A DNA stretch of 64,000 bases from Tubiluchus corallicola (taxonomy: Eukaryota; Animalia; Priapulida), in contig JAQGDQ010000138.1 in NCBI GenBank assembly GCA_030141605.1, positions 62,001-126,000 of the forward strand, written 5' to 3'. Position 1 is the first letter of the stretch. Each line of letters begins with the position of its first letter. The position numbers and the translations under genes are program-made. The notes under the pieces were generated by a model. It worked only from the letters and a program-made list of their open reading frames with translations. It did no database searches and was not told where the DNA came from. Of this stretch, positions 1-12,867 are shown one piece after another.

Positions 1-1250
1 AACTCAGTCTTCATAAGAGGAAGAGTTTAAAGACAAACATTACCATTAAGAAACACAATCGGGGATTTCTTGAATAACCAAATTTGCTCCAAAGCCTCTC
101 TAACTAATAACCAAATAGCCCGCGAGGTGGCTTCCACTTTGACGACATCAACACATGTTAAGAAGGAGAAACATGTGTTCAACAAAAAGTAGCTATTTTA
201 CCTTGAGCTACAAAACCAGATAGACAACAAAACTAGGCCAATATCTAGGCCAAAGGCAGGTAAATTTGATCATGTGACCCAGGCCACCTAATGTTACAAA
301 AAAATCAGTGGCGACAGAAATCACAATTCTAATAAAAAATATTAACTATAATGGCAATCAATGTTATACCAACAATATCAATAAATTTTGGATTTTCTTC
401 AAAAATACATTAATAGAAAATAAGGCAATCAATTATTAATAGCGCATCACAATAGACAGCTTAGGTCGTCGAGTATTTCTTTGCGGACTAGTGCCAAGAG
501 AGGCCACTACAGTGCTTTGAGCATATTTAGTAACATATTCAGTATCCCATCCAATACATGTATAATTTTATTCAGTTTTTCATTCTTTTCATCTCTCTCA
601 TTATCTGTGTGAAAGTTGTAACTGTATATTTTAGGTGTTGCCATCTATTGATTAGTTACTTTAACATTTACTAGTTCAATTCACCCCTTATTACAATTGT
701 TCGGTCCAGTGAATATTCAAACTCTCTGTATCTCCCCTATTTTACTGTAATGGGATATGTGAAGCCATGTTTTTGCATAGTTCTTTACATATATAAACTG
801 GCTAGATTCCACTTCTAGCCGCTGTCTACTCATTCGTGATCACTGCAGGACACTCTGGTCCTCAGTGCAGCAGTCATGTTACCTATAACTATGTAGTGTA
901 CTTATTGTAATAAAAGTGTTTTAGTTTTGTGCAAACATGTAATCTGGTGTTTAGTTGTTTTCTACAAGTGTTAAATTTCGACTTCACAAATAACTTTCAC
1001 AATCTGCAAACATCTCGGCTCTTAGTTGTGTAATTTCTGGTTTTAATTCATCAACAGAGTGAAGCGATCTGAATGGCTGTTTTACTTCTCATTAATTCAG
1101 TTTTTACAGAATTCATTTCACTGGTTCAAAAAAAACAAATAGAACTGCTTAGTTTTGTCAACATTGTATTTGATACAGGTTTTGCAGCGGTACAGGCTGT
1201 GCCAATTTATTCTTCTCTGCACATGGTTCACACAAAATTTCTCCATTATC
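1..1250 (-). mobile_element. Possible highly decayed non-LTR retrotransposon ORF1 / 5' region
   Basis: Broken minus-strand frames give a Cys-containing segment (GEILCEPCAEK near 1200-1250), coiled-coil-like text and a WP-containing stretch (LWPRYWPSFVV near 230-260), reminiscent of CR1/L2-type ORF1. Many stops; family not assignable. Confidence 0.3.
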
Positions 1251-1310
1251 TCTGATATGTATGGTTGATTGATATTTCTTTAAGTCTGATTGTGAAATTT
1301 CAAGCTCATT

Positions 1311-1760
1311 TCAAACGTGCAAATGGCTTGTAAAAATAGGAATGCAATTGCCAGAACAACAATAAAGTGCAGTGCACTTAAAGTTAGAACATAGTCCTCG
1401 ACAGCACGCTTTAATAGCTTCTGGCAAATTATTCCACGTTGGATTCCAATCATCATACGTACGTACCTATCCACAACTATGACGGAATGTCTTGAGTACG
1501 TGCTCTGCTTACACTCACTTTGATCACAGAAAAAGTATTTCGATTCACCGAAATGATCAACCGTCGAAGAATCTACAAAAATTCTACCTTTTTTGGAATG
1601 GGCTCTGCTATGGCTTCCCGATGCATGTGAACTTTCCTAAAGTGCTTCAGCTCTTGTCAGCTTTTTAAATAACATGTGATATACACTCGGCGTGCCTCAA
1701 GTGTTCCTTTGATGTCTGACTCATCATTTTACTCGAATGTATAATTAAAGGAATGCGGTT
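1311..1760 (-). mobile_element. Decayed transposon-associated ORF ending in a CXC-like Cys cluster
   Basis: Minus frame from about 1448 reads WNPTWNNLPEAIKACCRGLCSNFKCTALYCCSGNC...*, resembling the WxPxWTTLPEASKAC...CxC tail of repeated invertebrate CXC-domain ORFs. Upstream frames are broken. Confidence 0.4.
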
Positions 1761-2449
1761 AGCTTTTTTTAATTCCAACAGATTGTTATCAATGTACTCA
1801 TCACTAGTTTTTAATAGTTGACTTTTCGAAAGTCATCAAACTTTGATTCATGTTGTCTTCATAGCATAAATAGCACAGCTGCCAATTTGTCTGCTGCACC
1901 ATTGCATTACTAGTTTATCACTGCAGCTAGGCATAATTTTATCTGATTTTGGCGTTGTTAAATGTTTAGTTATTCCCTACAATATTTTACTAATCAAACA
2001 AGCAATACCCCGCCCTTTTGGTTACCACTGTTACCAAAAGTTTTAGTATCTAGAGAACTAGAGAAATTCTTTACACCAGGTATATGTCGAGCAAGCCAAG
2101 GAAAGCTTAAGACAAGCAAGGGGGCGTTTCTCGGCTAACGAAGGGAAATTAACTTGCAAGATAATAATCAAGGTTCAGTAGTATGTTGATCACACCAGTT
2201 GCAGAAACATCATATAATTTTGACAAATTTTGACAATTTTAGGAGTGTTGATTTCGTTGATCTCGAAATCACACAGAATAGTTTTGCAACATGACAACAT
2301 GGTGAAGATAAATGGATGGTTAAATGCTATTAACAATAAAAATGAATTAGGCAGTTAATCATAATTGAATGAAAAGATTGCGAAGTAACGAGCACTTCAC
2401 TAAAACAAGTTTTCTAATGTACATTGTTTAGTCGTCAGTTTGGCTTTTT

Positions 2450-2702
2450 GTACTCGAGGAGTATTTCCAGGATAATTCCGGGAAATAACCAGAGTTATGC
2501 CTGGAACTATTTCTTACATGTGAAATACTGCAACTGCTCTAATTTGCTATTTTAATGTATATTATTTATTCTTTAAAAATGCGGTCATTATGTACTCCAG
2601 AAATATTTTTGAGATAATTCCCGCAATAATCAGAGCTATTTCTGGAACTACCTCTTAAATGAAAGACAACGTGAAATACTTCAATTGCATCAAATAGCCA
2701 CT

Positions 2703-2735
<33 letters not shown>

Positions 2736-2815
2736 TATTTGTTTTTAATTCCGTATTACCTACACCAGGAATATTTTCGGGATAATTCTCGGAAATACCA
2801 TTCCTTAAATGAAGG
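2450..2815. repeat. Degenerate tandem repeat, about 2.5 units of 140-170 bp, with an internal (TA)n
   Basis: Motif tac(t/a)c..g.a.tattt...gataattc..g.aata recurs at about 2450, 2592 and 2761; (TA)n at 2703-2729. Confidence 0.7.
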
Positions 2816-2939
2816 GCCAATCAGCCTGTGCCAATTTATCAAGTAAACAATTTTTGCTCTTAGCCCCCCCCCCCCTAGTGTTGGCCTGACGCTCCTTACG
2901 GCCGAGTTTGTATAACACCTTCAATCCAAAAAATAAAAA

Positions 2940-3675
2940 GCCATTTCACACCTCTAATGCCGTCAGTTCAGCTTACACCACGCTACCGTGCTATGTACCG
3001 GTGCACTCTACTTACTGCCAATACTTTTTACTGTATATGCAACCGATTGTCTAATTAATAATTCTTCGGTTAATCTCATAAAATTCGCAGACGACTTTAC
3101 TAAACAAGGACATTACGCCACTAAAAAAAGCAAGAGAATGTATGTCTTAAGGAAACTGAAATCGTTTAATGTAGACAAAAACCTTTTGTTTTTACATTTC
3201 GGTTATTCAAAGTGTTGTTTTAGGTTGTACTGTGTGCTGGGGAGGCAATGCTAACTTATGTGAGAAAATGATTTAAACAGAATGGTCAAGAAATCTTGCA
3301 AATTATCCATGAATGACCATTTTTGAAATGTTGATATATTTTATATAAAGAAGCTTGTTGTAGTAACATTGATTCAGTTTTCTACAACAGCTCACATCCT
3401 TTAAACACTCAGATTACTGTTTATGAACGTCCTGGTCGATTTTTACTGATTAAAGGCAATAGAGAGATGTAAGCGTTCTTTCGCCCATGAGATTACTGCA
3501 AAATGGAAAATGAAGGTCTAAATTAATTGACTGTTTTACTGAGCGTAATTCGTGTTTGTACCAGTAATGTTAATTCACTATGTGAAATTGTACTATTTGT
3601 TGTTAATGTATGGTCAAGCTAAAGCAAATTTCGTTTTGGATCAATAAATATTAATTTAATCTAATCTAATCTAGT
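2940..3675 (+). mobile_element. 5'-truncated decayed LINE (L2/Rex/CR1 group) RT fragment
   Basis: LFTVYATDC...LIKFADD (RT YxDD-type motif), KKSKRMYVLRKLKSFNV, a later SHPL motif, then aataaa and a (taatc)n tail at 3643-3673. Confidence 0.75.
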
Positions 3676-6306
3676 CTGTATAACCATCGACTAAAACCCC
3701 CAATGCCCGCACATTTCGCATAAGTGGTCAGTGTTCATTTTTACGCAGTAAAAGCGATTTTCAAGACAAACTGATGCATAATTAGTGTTTGTTTAATGAA
3801 GAAATAAAAGCACGAGTATCATGTAATATAAGAGAACAGTAGTATACAGATTTATTAATACAAAATATTGGCACAAAAAATTACAATAAGCAGTGTATAT
3901 GTACTATTCTTTATGCACTATTTACACCTAAACAATACTCAACTCAACTTTTGCCATCAGTAACCTAAATATGTATATTGATATGTAAACATCAATTTTT
4001 CAATTACAAATTTCAAAATTTAACCGTAATTAGACAAATTTATGACAATTTTATGATGAATTTTGATCTCAATGACTCGTTTCCCGTTATGTTTTGCTAT
4101 AAATTCGCCAATTACCATATATTGGGTCTGAGATTCTCAGGAACGCCTCAGACATGTAGCTCCAATCTAAACATTACATCGTCACATAACATGTATTTTC
4201 CGAAATTCAACGAGTAAGCAACATTTTTGTTCCACATGGCAGTGTGCCTAAAATATCATAACAGCAGCTATGCTTTTGACATCACAATTATGCACAATTT
4301 AAAGAAAAGCGTCACTTAAGAAATGAAGAAACAATGACTTCCCAATAATGTTGCAAATTAAAAAGAGTACAAAAAATTGGCGCGTAGAGAACAAAGGTAG
4401 AAAAGTAATAACGTTAGCAACTCTTTAAGAAAAAGGCAATTTATTGTCAAACAAGTTGTCATGAGTTGTTACTGTTTCATGTTATTGAATTAAAATCAGT
4501 TGTGTTTTTGCAGCGAGCTTTTCCTTATTATCGCCTTGTGATGACCGCTAACTGGTATAATTTGCTAACGCATCATAGTGACAGCAGCCTATCTTGTTAG
4601 AAAACGAAGCCCGCTGTGAAATTTAGTACCTGTGATGACGTAAAGTGTTAGATTAGTCACTATTAGTATAAATTTGAGGTTTTCATCCACTATGAGCTAA
4701 GAATAATGTCCTTTGGCTTCGACCTAACTAACAAACCATAAACATCATCACCATCATCATCAAAGCCATAATGCACGATTGCCAACAACGGTATTAATTG
4801 AGTCCTTGATTTTCGCTTGGCCGTGTGACTTCTGCCGAAGAATCAACATAATTATTACATTCACGAAGTACGAATACGCACATCATCATGCTATAGGCCC
4901 AATTCTTTTACTGGGAGCAGAATCTTAGTTTACAAGCTAGAATTCAGCTTTGGACAGCTTTGGACAAATCAGTGGATAAAGATTAACTTGCGACACCTCT
5001 TATGTAAACGGTTATTCCTTAGCTTCTAATTGCCCTAAATGTGCTTAATGATTAAGTCGATAGTAACAAAATGTTGCATCGCCTGGCGGTGTCTTTTTGT
5101 CTGAAAGCAAATCTGCTTTTCAAAGTCGCAACTCCCCCTATCTCTCTCTCTCTCTCCCTCTCTCTCTCTCTAATATAGAAGCAGCCCTACTGGCTACTTA
5201 TCTAGCATTGAATCTTACATTCTAAATATTATAGTACTAGGGAATTCGAATCGGACGTGGTTTAACAAAATTTCAAGATTCATGATGTGCTACATTAGCG
5301 GAATTAGCACCAAACAAAGCGCCAAAGAAAGTTGTGTGCAAGCAATGTAGATGACTACAAGTGATTATACATTATAAGTGTTTAGTACTTTAGCATGTGT
5401 TTAACACCAGAATTGCCAAAAGTTGCATACAAATATTGTCCGTCTTGAAGTTGTTGCATCCCGATAGAAAAGACTTTGTATTTCAAACGAAAACTACATA
5501 TATACAACAAACACCAATCGCGAACACCTGTTGCAGCAAGCTCTAGACTATACACGTGACATATTAGATGGCGCATCTCCCACCGTGCTGATCGATTTAT
5601 TGATCATGTGAACGCGATTCTCATGAATATGTGAATGTGAATTTCAGCTCATACAACTGGAGGCATGATTCCGTAGATAATACATTCCGCAATAATGTGA
5701 GTATAAACAATCTAGAGTATTATAAATTAAAAGTACCAATTAATGCGTTATAAGATCTTTATTTAAAGGTTAAGAAAAGACCAGTTGCATGTTGAGTTTG
5801 AAATGCCTAGATGGAAAAGTTATATACCTATTAGATTGACGCTAGGTGATACAACTTTTCAGTGTGAATTGTTTGCAGCTCACTTGTATATAACGTTTTC
5901 TTGCCCTTTAAGAGAACCTGTACAATGATTTCTTGTTATTGTTAACATTTGTTTGTGTTAGGCATCGAAGCAACTGCTTTTAATTCATGTTAATACAGAA
6001 ACACTGAAGGCTAGGATCATGAAACCTCGGATAGGGGGTCGAGGACTCACGCATCAGTCAATGTGAGTGGCTACCTAACCACTTGTCTTTCAGATACTAA
6101 TGCTACCCACCCACCCATCAATGATCAATAGTGCCAGGTAATGTTCACTTGTTTTCGCCACTTAAGCTGCATTCTTGAAAATATTTGCAGGTCTTCTTTC
6201 TCTGTCTGCAATTAGGGAATTTATGTTATTTACGTTATTACAATCTTATAAACACAGGTGAACATAGTGAGGCTTAGGTCCATTTACATTTAATTACAAA
6301 GAGCAT

Positions 6307-6587
6307 TCACACAAGAGTGGACAAAGCCCGTATATCGTCAGCTGTAAGAACGCTCCTGTGCCCAGATGCACTTAGTGTGTCACCATTGTCCTTGACATAG
6401 CCCTGATTATCAAGTCCTTGCTCATCTCGTCTCCTGAGTAAATCAGCAGGCATGTTCACTTGTTTTCGCCAAGTATAGGTGTTGTGTGCTGCCGTAACAA
6501 TGAAAAAACCAACGCCGCCTGCTAGGAAAGCTGTCGATATGGACGCCGTTTCAATTTTAAAGTGAACAAAAGCGAAAAGAACTAACA
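6307..6587 (-). CDS. TMEM221: TMEM221-like terminal coding exon
   Basis: Acceptor tttttttccag, phase 1; ends ...DDIRALSTLV-TGA. Confidence 0.8.
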
Positions 6588-9500
6588 CTGGAAAAAAAGT
6601 ATAACATTTTATAAATGTATCATTACTAATTTTTCTAGTTATATAAAAGTGTACATGTTGTAAGCCAAAACCATACTGATTGTACAGCATCACATGCCTA
6701 GGCTTAACGTAACAAATGTTAAGCACTGTTATACTAAAACCATTAATGATAATGATTTTACAAGTGTTCTTTTCTAAATTAAAATTGAATGATGGAATGA
6801 ATCAATAGTTAATAATTTTTAAGATCAAACTTGACCGAAATGAAAAGAACGTAAAAAGACAGAACTGATTCTGGATTTGAAAACCCGACCTTTGATTTAC
6901 AAGTTAAGCAAGATCGATAATAGACCACCCCTGATCGAGACACGTCTTAATCAATTGAAACATTCAGGTGCTACATAACAAGGAGATCTGCAAATAAACA
7001 TGTCCGTCGCTCATTCTGGTTTCATAAAATGTCTTTACAGAATATCAAACTACGCTAAATATGAAAAAACTGTTAGGCCTACATTTTTTGAACAACTTAC
7101 CTACAATAATCAAGAGGACGGAGAAAAAGAAACCTGTGATAACGATGTTTCTTGTGAACGAGCAATTTGCGAGAAAACGCCAAGCCCTAGAAGACAAAAA
7201 TTATCAGTCGAAATTGCTGTAGAGTGTATAAATACGGTTTTTAAGGTCCAGCAATTTTCTGTAAAAGTACATTCTGTCAGAGTTCACTCAGAATGTGAAA
7301 AATTCATTACACAAAATATGTATAAGCTTCAACAAATTTACGTTTATATGAAAAAGTTTTAAATAATAGCTGTAGCTGGCGAAATAAATAATTGTTCTAA
7401 ACTGTTCCTAAGTGAAAAATTGCATGTACTTAAACTGTTGTGGCACACTGCTCATATGCTTGTTTTCCCTAGTATTTTGATCTAAGTTTTGAGATAACAG
7501 AATAACAACTGTCTTAAAATTCTGCTGTTCGATTTGTTCAAAACACATCACGAAGATTACGTTACGAACATGAATTACATTTTAAAAGATCTGCTGAAAT
7601 GGGGCAGACTTTGTATACAAAAATGTCGTGCTTACAATGAAGCGGACGAAATAACTGAGTAGGGTGGTCATTGTTTGTGGCGTTAAGCAGCACCGAGCTT
7701 AGTAAGTAAGTAAATGAATGACCACCAGGAAAAGCCATTATGTGTGGTTTCATATGCCACACTGCCTCTAGCCATTTGCTTTAATGAACCTCGGCTTGTT
7801 TAGCAACCCGCTTTGCAGGATTATAATTATGTTTGATAATGAGTTTGGTTTCAGTCCCGTGAGAGACGTTAACACGAGTAGTAGCAGTCCTCATAATCAC
7901 ACAAAGTGATCATCGAAAGTTTTGCGCTCCACTGGGACTCGAACATGGACCTTTCGGTATATAGATAGCTATGTTAACTACTACACCACAGACGAACGTC
8001 ACTTTTCAGGGTTAGAAATTTACTCTACTAAACTATTACATGTCTGTCAATTGGGAGTCACAGTCATAAAGATACAGGAGTACTGTGTCAAGACAAGACG
8101 TAGTATAAGATCAGCTATGCAAAGGCGCAGAAGTAATAGGATAACGTGGTGTGAAATGAATTTCTGGGGTGAAATGGACACATTTGCCTTAAGGCTGTGT
8201 AAGTATTTAGCATGTTATTGAAATGTGAAGCTTCTAACAGTACAGTCTGTCCATTGCATAGACTAATTATTGCAAAAAGCTATTAAACTCATTGCTTGTT
8301 TTTTCAGTGATATTAGTATTTAACTAATATTGTTCTTGTCACCATGAAACACGTTACTTTGCAAAACCTTGTACCAGCGGTCTGTACAGGGATGCATAAA
8401 CGAAGTTCAGATGAAGAAAATAAAAGCATATTGAGCGTTTCGAATAGTGGCAGAAGCTAATAAACTGACATAATTGTTACAAATTAGAAGATTTTGAAGT
8501 TGTAGAATACGGGAAGAATACTTCCCAGAATTTTGTCAACAGGTGATGTAGAAATCCCAAGAATGACAGCTACAAGCTTCTGGAATAAACGGAGATGGCC
8601 TGAGATTGATGATAATACTTCTACGCCCCAGACAAAATAATGAAAGTGTTAACACAAAGTCCTACACCAGTTAATGATAGAGGCGTATGCATACTGTACA
8701 AAGATCCTGCCATGATGGAATCCCAGTATATTAAACCTGGACCACTTGTATAAGTAATCGACAATACAAGTTTTTTTCAGTATGAATAATTTCGATTTTT
8801 TAGTTTATCTATTATACCCGTTTCAACCCATAGATTACTAAAATGAATACTGTACAGCATTCGGTAAATATATTACCCATATCCAGAGGTGGAGTGAAAT
8901 GGGCCCTGCCTTTTTTAAAAAAAAATCGTGAAGTCAGCCAGAATGCTTTTGTTGCTACAGTCAGTTTTGCTAAACAAAACAAACTTAGAATGTTTAGTTG
9001 AAATAAAAAATCAACACATGATAAAAAAAGTTCAGTTTTTAAAAAATACAATTTAGAAAAAAACTAAGTCCTTTCACTCCACCTCCCCCTACTAAATTAC
9101 TAAATTAAAAAAAACCTGGAAAAGTTTTACACCTCCACTGGAACTCGAGCCCAACTGAGTGCTGGATTCCAACTTGCCAGAAAATAAAGAAATTTTTCCA
9201 TTAATCTGTAAGTAACGCTTTAAATCACAAGTTTTTTGACCCAGGAGTGGCTGCCTAGGTGACCTTTGGTCTTTCGTCACCCCGTCTCTAGTTTCGTTTA
9301 CTAATCAATGTTTTTGTAATGTACCTTATTAAGTACAAAGGGACAAATAAATTTAATGAACTGAATTGAATTGACAAAATTTACACAAGTTCATTTTGTG
9401 TGACACGCCTAATTCTTCATTTGCTTCTTAACGACTTGTTAACAAGCTACATTTTTCACAATTTGTTCACTTTCTTCTGTAATCAAGAAAATAAAAATAT

Positions 9501-11232
9501 TGGACTGTTAAACATTTCCAGATAGGAATTACTCTGCTGGTATCTACAGATAACAGAATAACGACTGTCTTAAAATTCTGCTGCCCGATTTCTTCAAAAT
9601 ACATAACGAAGATGATGCTACGAAATTTCAAAAAATCTGCTGAAATTCGACAGAATTTTGTTCATAAAAATGTCGTGTTTATAGTGACATTCGTTTTTAA
9701 GAAGCGAATGAAATAACTGGGTGCGGTGGTCATTGTGTAATGTGTATGGTCGTTAAGCAACACCTGTTTAGTAACTAAGTAAATGAATGACCACCAGGAA
9801 AAGCGTGTCTTGTGTGAAGATATCACTGCTGCTACCGTTATTACTTGGTTTGGTTTTCAACTTACAGATGGCGCCAGCGTGCAACACTTTACACATGTGA
9901 CATTTTCGAGCAAGACTGAGCTGATGTAAGCGGACAAATGCTAAATTGCAGGTTACGTTGAAAGTTTCCTTTATACATATTCTCGCTATTTTCGTCAACC
10001 TGTCTGGCAGTTGGTATAGATGCCTTGCATGACTTTCATCATCGATGGTTTGAGTATATTCTGCCCACAATACCCACACGTGCATTCTAGCCACAAGTCC
10101 GTTCTAAAAGTAGCTTGTACATTGTAGCCATTCGTGCAAATTAGCGGTTGGCTTATTCCAGCCATAAATGTCCCAGTGGAGGTGAAAATTTTGATTCAGC
10201 ATTGCTTTAGTGAGTTTAATAATAATGGCGTGTAGGCATAGACATCGTAGTATATATGGTAGTAGTACCTGCGGTTGAAACTTACGTAGCAAAGCTTACT
10301 CCTAATACTATGCAATACATTCGTATCGTAAACAAAAGGTAAAGCTATTACTAACAAAAAGCATCAACATACCTGACGTATCCTTGGCTTGTCTCCAGTA
10401 AAATTCTAACGATACAAGCGAATTGCATGGCACACACTAGTACACACAACAAATCCAGTACAGTTACACCATATAGTAATATTACACAAACTTGCACAAA
10501 TAACTTAGCCTCTTGTTTGCTAATACTTGACCGTGCTATAGGATTAATGTCCACTTCAAATGAAAATTTGTATAACAACTGAAGACCTAGTCCACCTAGC
10601 AGAATGGATCCCAGAAAAAACAATCCAAGCGAGAAGAGATTTTCCATGATGCCAGTATCGGTGCCAAAATGTCTTGGACATTGTATGACGATTGGTTTGT
10701 TTATTGTCACCTTTCGTCGTCCTTCTGGAGAACCTCTTTTTGGACTAGTACCATCTCGGATTCTCTTTTCACCTGTCCCGTGCTTCTTTCTATCAACTCC
10801 TTTGGAGTACTCAGTAGACCGACTGTCTTCTAGCCGAGACGTGGATGCAGTATTTGGGCTATTGTCGAATGGCACTTGTCCATTTGGTCGTCCTCGCGTC
10901 GGACTGCCGTTCCTTGTTTGGATCTGGATTCGACTAATGTCACGAGTCGGACTAGTTCGAGCTGGTGTATTGTTCACAGCCACAGAAGTGACATACCTAT
11001 TAGAAGAGATTGGCCGGGGGCTCAAATCCTGCAAGCTGAGTTTTGGTACATTAAGTCCAACTGGACTGCCACGTGCATCCACATTATGTCGTGGAGATTG
11101 TCCACCAACCCAATACCGCTGCGGTCCTTGGGTATACCCTGGAGTATACGGGTGATACACTGTCCCTGCGTGAGATCCAAACTTTGTTTCCCAAGGACCA
11201 TTCATTTTGTTGTGCGTTTCGGTGGTCACCAT
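6307..11232 (-). CDS. TMEM221: TMEM221/Jiraiya-family multi-pass membrane protein, 3 coding exons (11232-10373, 7186-7101, 6587-6307), about 408 aa
   Basis: GT-AG junctions with consistent phases (2, then 1). Spliced product has 4 hydrophobic segments. AWRFLANCSFTRNIVITGFFFS and HFKIETASISTAFLAGG resemble recalled human TMEM221 (WFLYDCRLLRHVALGLF; FEIETGAAAASILGSG), and both end in STLV. In-frame stop upstream of ATG 11232; acceptor at 11300-11301. Confidence 0.8.
7101..7186 (-). CDS. TMEM221: TMEM221-like coding exon 2
   Basis: Acceptor tttttgtcttctag, donor gtaag, 86 nt, reads AWRFLANCSFTRNIVITGFFFSVLLIIV. Confidence 0.8.
7492..7745 (+). repeat. Intronic direct repeat, copy A (copy B at 9548-9815)
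   Basis: agataacagaataac.actgtcttaaaattctgctg ... aagtaaatgaatgaccaccaggaaaagc shared by both copies. Confidence 0.85.
7925..7997 (-). mobile_element. tRNA-derived SINE head / tRNA pseudogene (Val-like)
   Basis: Minus strand gtggtgtagtagtt (A box) ... gaaaggtccatGTTCGAGTCC (B box); acceptor and anticodon stems do not pair. Confidence 0.6.
8480..8705 (+). mobile_element. Decayed C-terminal fragment of a DNA-transposase-like ORF
   Basis: Frameshifted VVEYG/EEYFP ... WPEIDD ... IMKVLTQSPTPVNDRG resembles the C-terminal tail of invertebrate DDE transposase ORFs. Confidence 0.35.
9245..9289 (-). repeat. Short dispersed repeat terminus (inverted copy at 51008-51054)
   Basis: Reverse complement agagacggggtgacgaaagaccaaaggtcacctaggcagccac matches agagacggggtggcaaaagaccaaaaggtcgtcgagtcagccac at 51008. 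Confidence 0.7.
9548..9815 (+). repeat. Intronic direct repeat, copy B
   Basis: Diverged copy of 7492-7745. Confidence 0.85.
10373..11232 (-). CDS. TMEM221: TMEM221-like coding exon 1
   Basis: 286 codons plus 2 nt, donor GTATG at 10372; S/P/R-rich N-terminus followed by two TM segments. Confidence 0.8.
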
Positions 11233-12782
11233 GTGGTCACCTGACTTATGTTTGTATCCTTTGCCCTTTCAGTAACATCTTGCGTGGTGTTTACTTGGTC
11301 TGAAATAATTAATTTACATTCAGGTTTTTTTAATTAAACCAAATGATCTTATTTTTACGATATGCGTTCGTTATTTAGCGGTATCAAGAAGATTCTGTTA
11401 TAATAAGTCATTCTGTTTGATATTAATGTTCCAAAATTCCGTGTTAGTCCTTTTGCCTTTAGTTCACGCAAAATTGGTTTAATTTTTACAGTTCATAATT
11501 CTCTTAACGCATTTCCTATCGTTTTTCCTCTCTTTTTGTTGCCAAACTTGTTAAGGTTTTTTATTCGTTCTTCTGTCTATTAGTCCATCTGTCTACCAGC
11601 TGTTCGTGTATTCAATTTTAATTTTGTTTGATCATTTCTTCTTACACCTCTCCGTCTGTTTGCTTCTGTTCGAGCTGTTTGTTCCTCGTCTTGCTAATAA
11701 GTTATAGCTACTGGACTACTGGGAGTAATAGCAGTAGGTGTGGCACGTGAGCTGATGAGCATAAGAATAATCTGACATGATTATAAATATAATTGTAATT
11801 CTTAATTTCGTGAAGTGTAAAGAAATTGCTAAACACTTTTGCTCAAGTAACTAAATATGCTTCATAAAGCATCGCTAAATCTTCAATGTTAAATTTCAAG
11901 GCCCACATTGCACGTTTAGAATTAATTTTGCTCATTACCAGTCCCTCTTACAGGTATGCAATCTATTCCGCTAGGTTAAACCAGCTTATGCGTTATCTGA
12001 CACGGTCTATACATCTTGGCAACACTTCGACAAGGCCTCAGGTATCTGCATGCGTGACGTCAGAAGGTGGATCTAATCACACAAAAAGATGCAAAATAAA
12101 TTTGATGTCATCCTCTGCATACCAAAAGGAACAAAAATGATTAACACATCGCCGACCTCTTCGTGGCTAATGTTGTGAAAGTTTCCTGAACCGGCCACAT
12201 TGTGTAAGGAATTCACTTAGCTTTATTAACGACTTGCACAGCCGGTAACCTTAGAAGTGCCCTTACCGCAGGTATCTCACGAAAAAGAGCAGGTGGGATT
12301 TCGGGGTTTTGTAAGATCGTTGAACTGGAAATCGGTTAGAAGCACTGACTTTTAAAACTTGAACTGGCGACATCTTCTCAAGGCAATACAATAAGTCTTA
12401 TTGTGCCCTACCCTCTGCGAGAATCAACAGATACAGAAAGAAGCTTACTTTGAAGGGAATATTCCACAGGAAGTGGAAAACAGTCCAATTAAAAGGTTGA
12501 TGACAACGTGGTAACTAATGTCCAATATTATTCAGTGATATGACCGTGAAGTCTCCTCGCATGACTACCAGTTAGACCAATTGCTCAAGCTAGCGATTTC
12601 GGATATTTATAGACTAAACTAAGCTAAACTAAATGAAATCACTAAGAAATAATATCCCTGGAAGATACTTGTTAAAAGCCACAGCCATTACAAACTTAAA
12701 TTTAGCCTATAAAATGTCCAAACTTAGCAGCAAAATAGTTGCTGTAAGGCGTGTACGTCGCACAAATTGACCAAAATTAAGT

Positions 12783-12787
<5 letters not shown>

Positions 12788-12867
<80 letters not shown>
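12788..12867. repeat. (CT)n microsatellite
   Basis: About 40 near-perfect CT units. Confidence 0.97.

Noticed and set aside
7925-7997. Functional tRNA gene
   Set aside because: A and B boxes are present but the cloverleaf stems do not pair; treated as a SINE head or pseudogene.
10604-11303. Plus-strand ORFs of 183, 122 and 76 aa
   Set aside because: Antisense shadows of the GC-richer TMEM221 exon; no recognisable domain or independent splice support.
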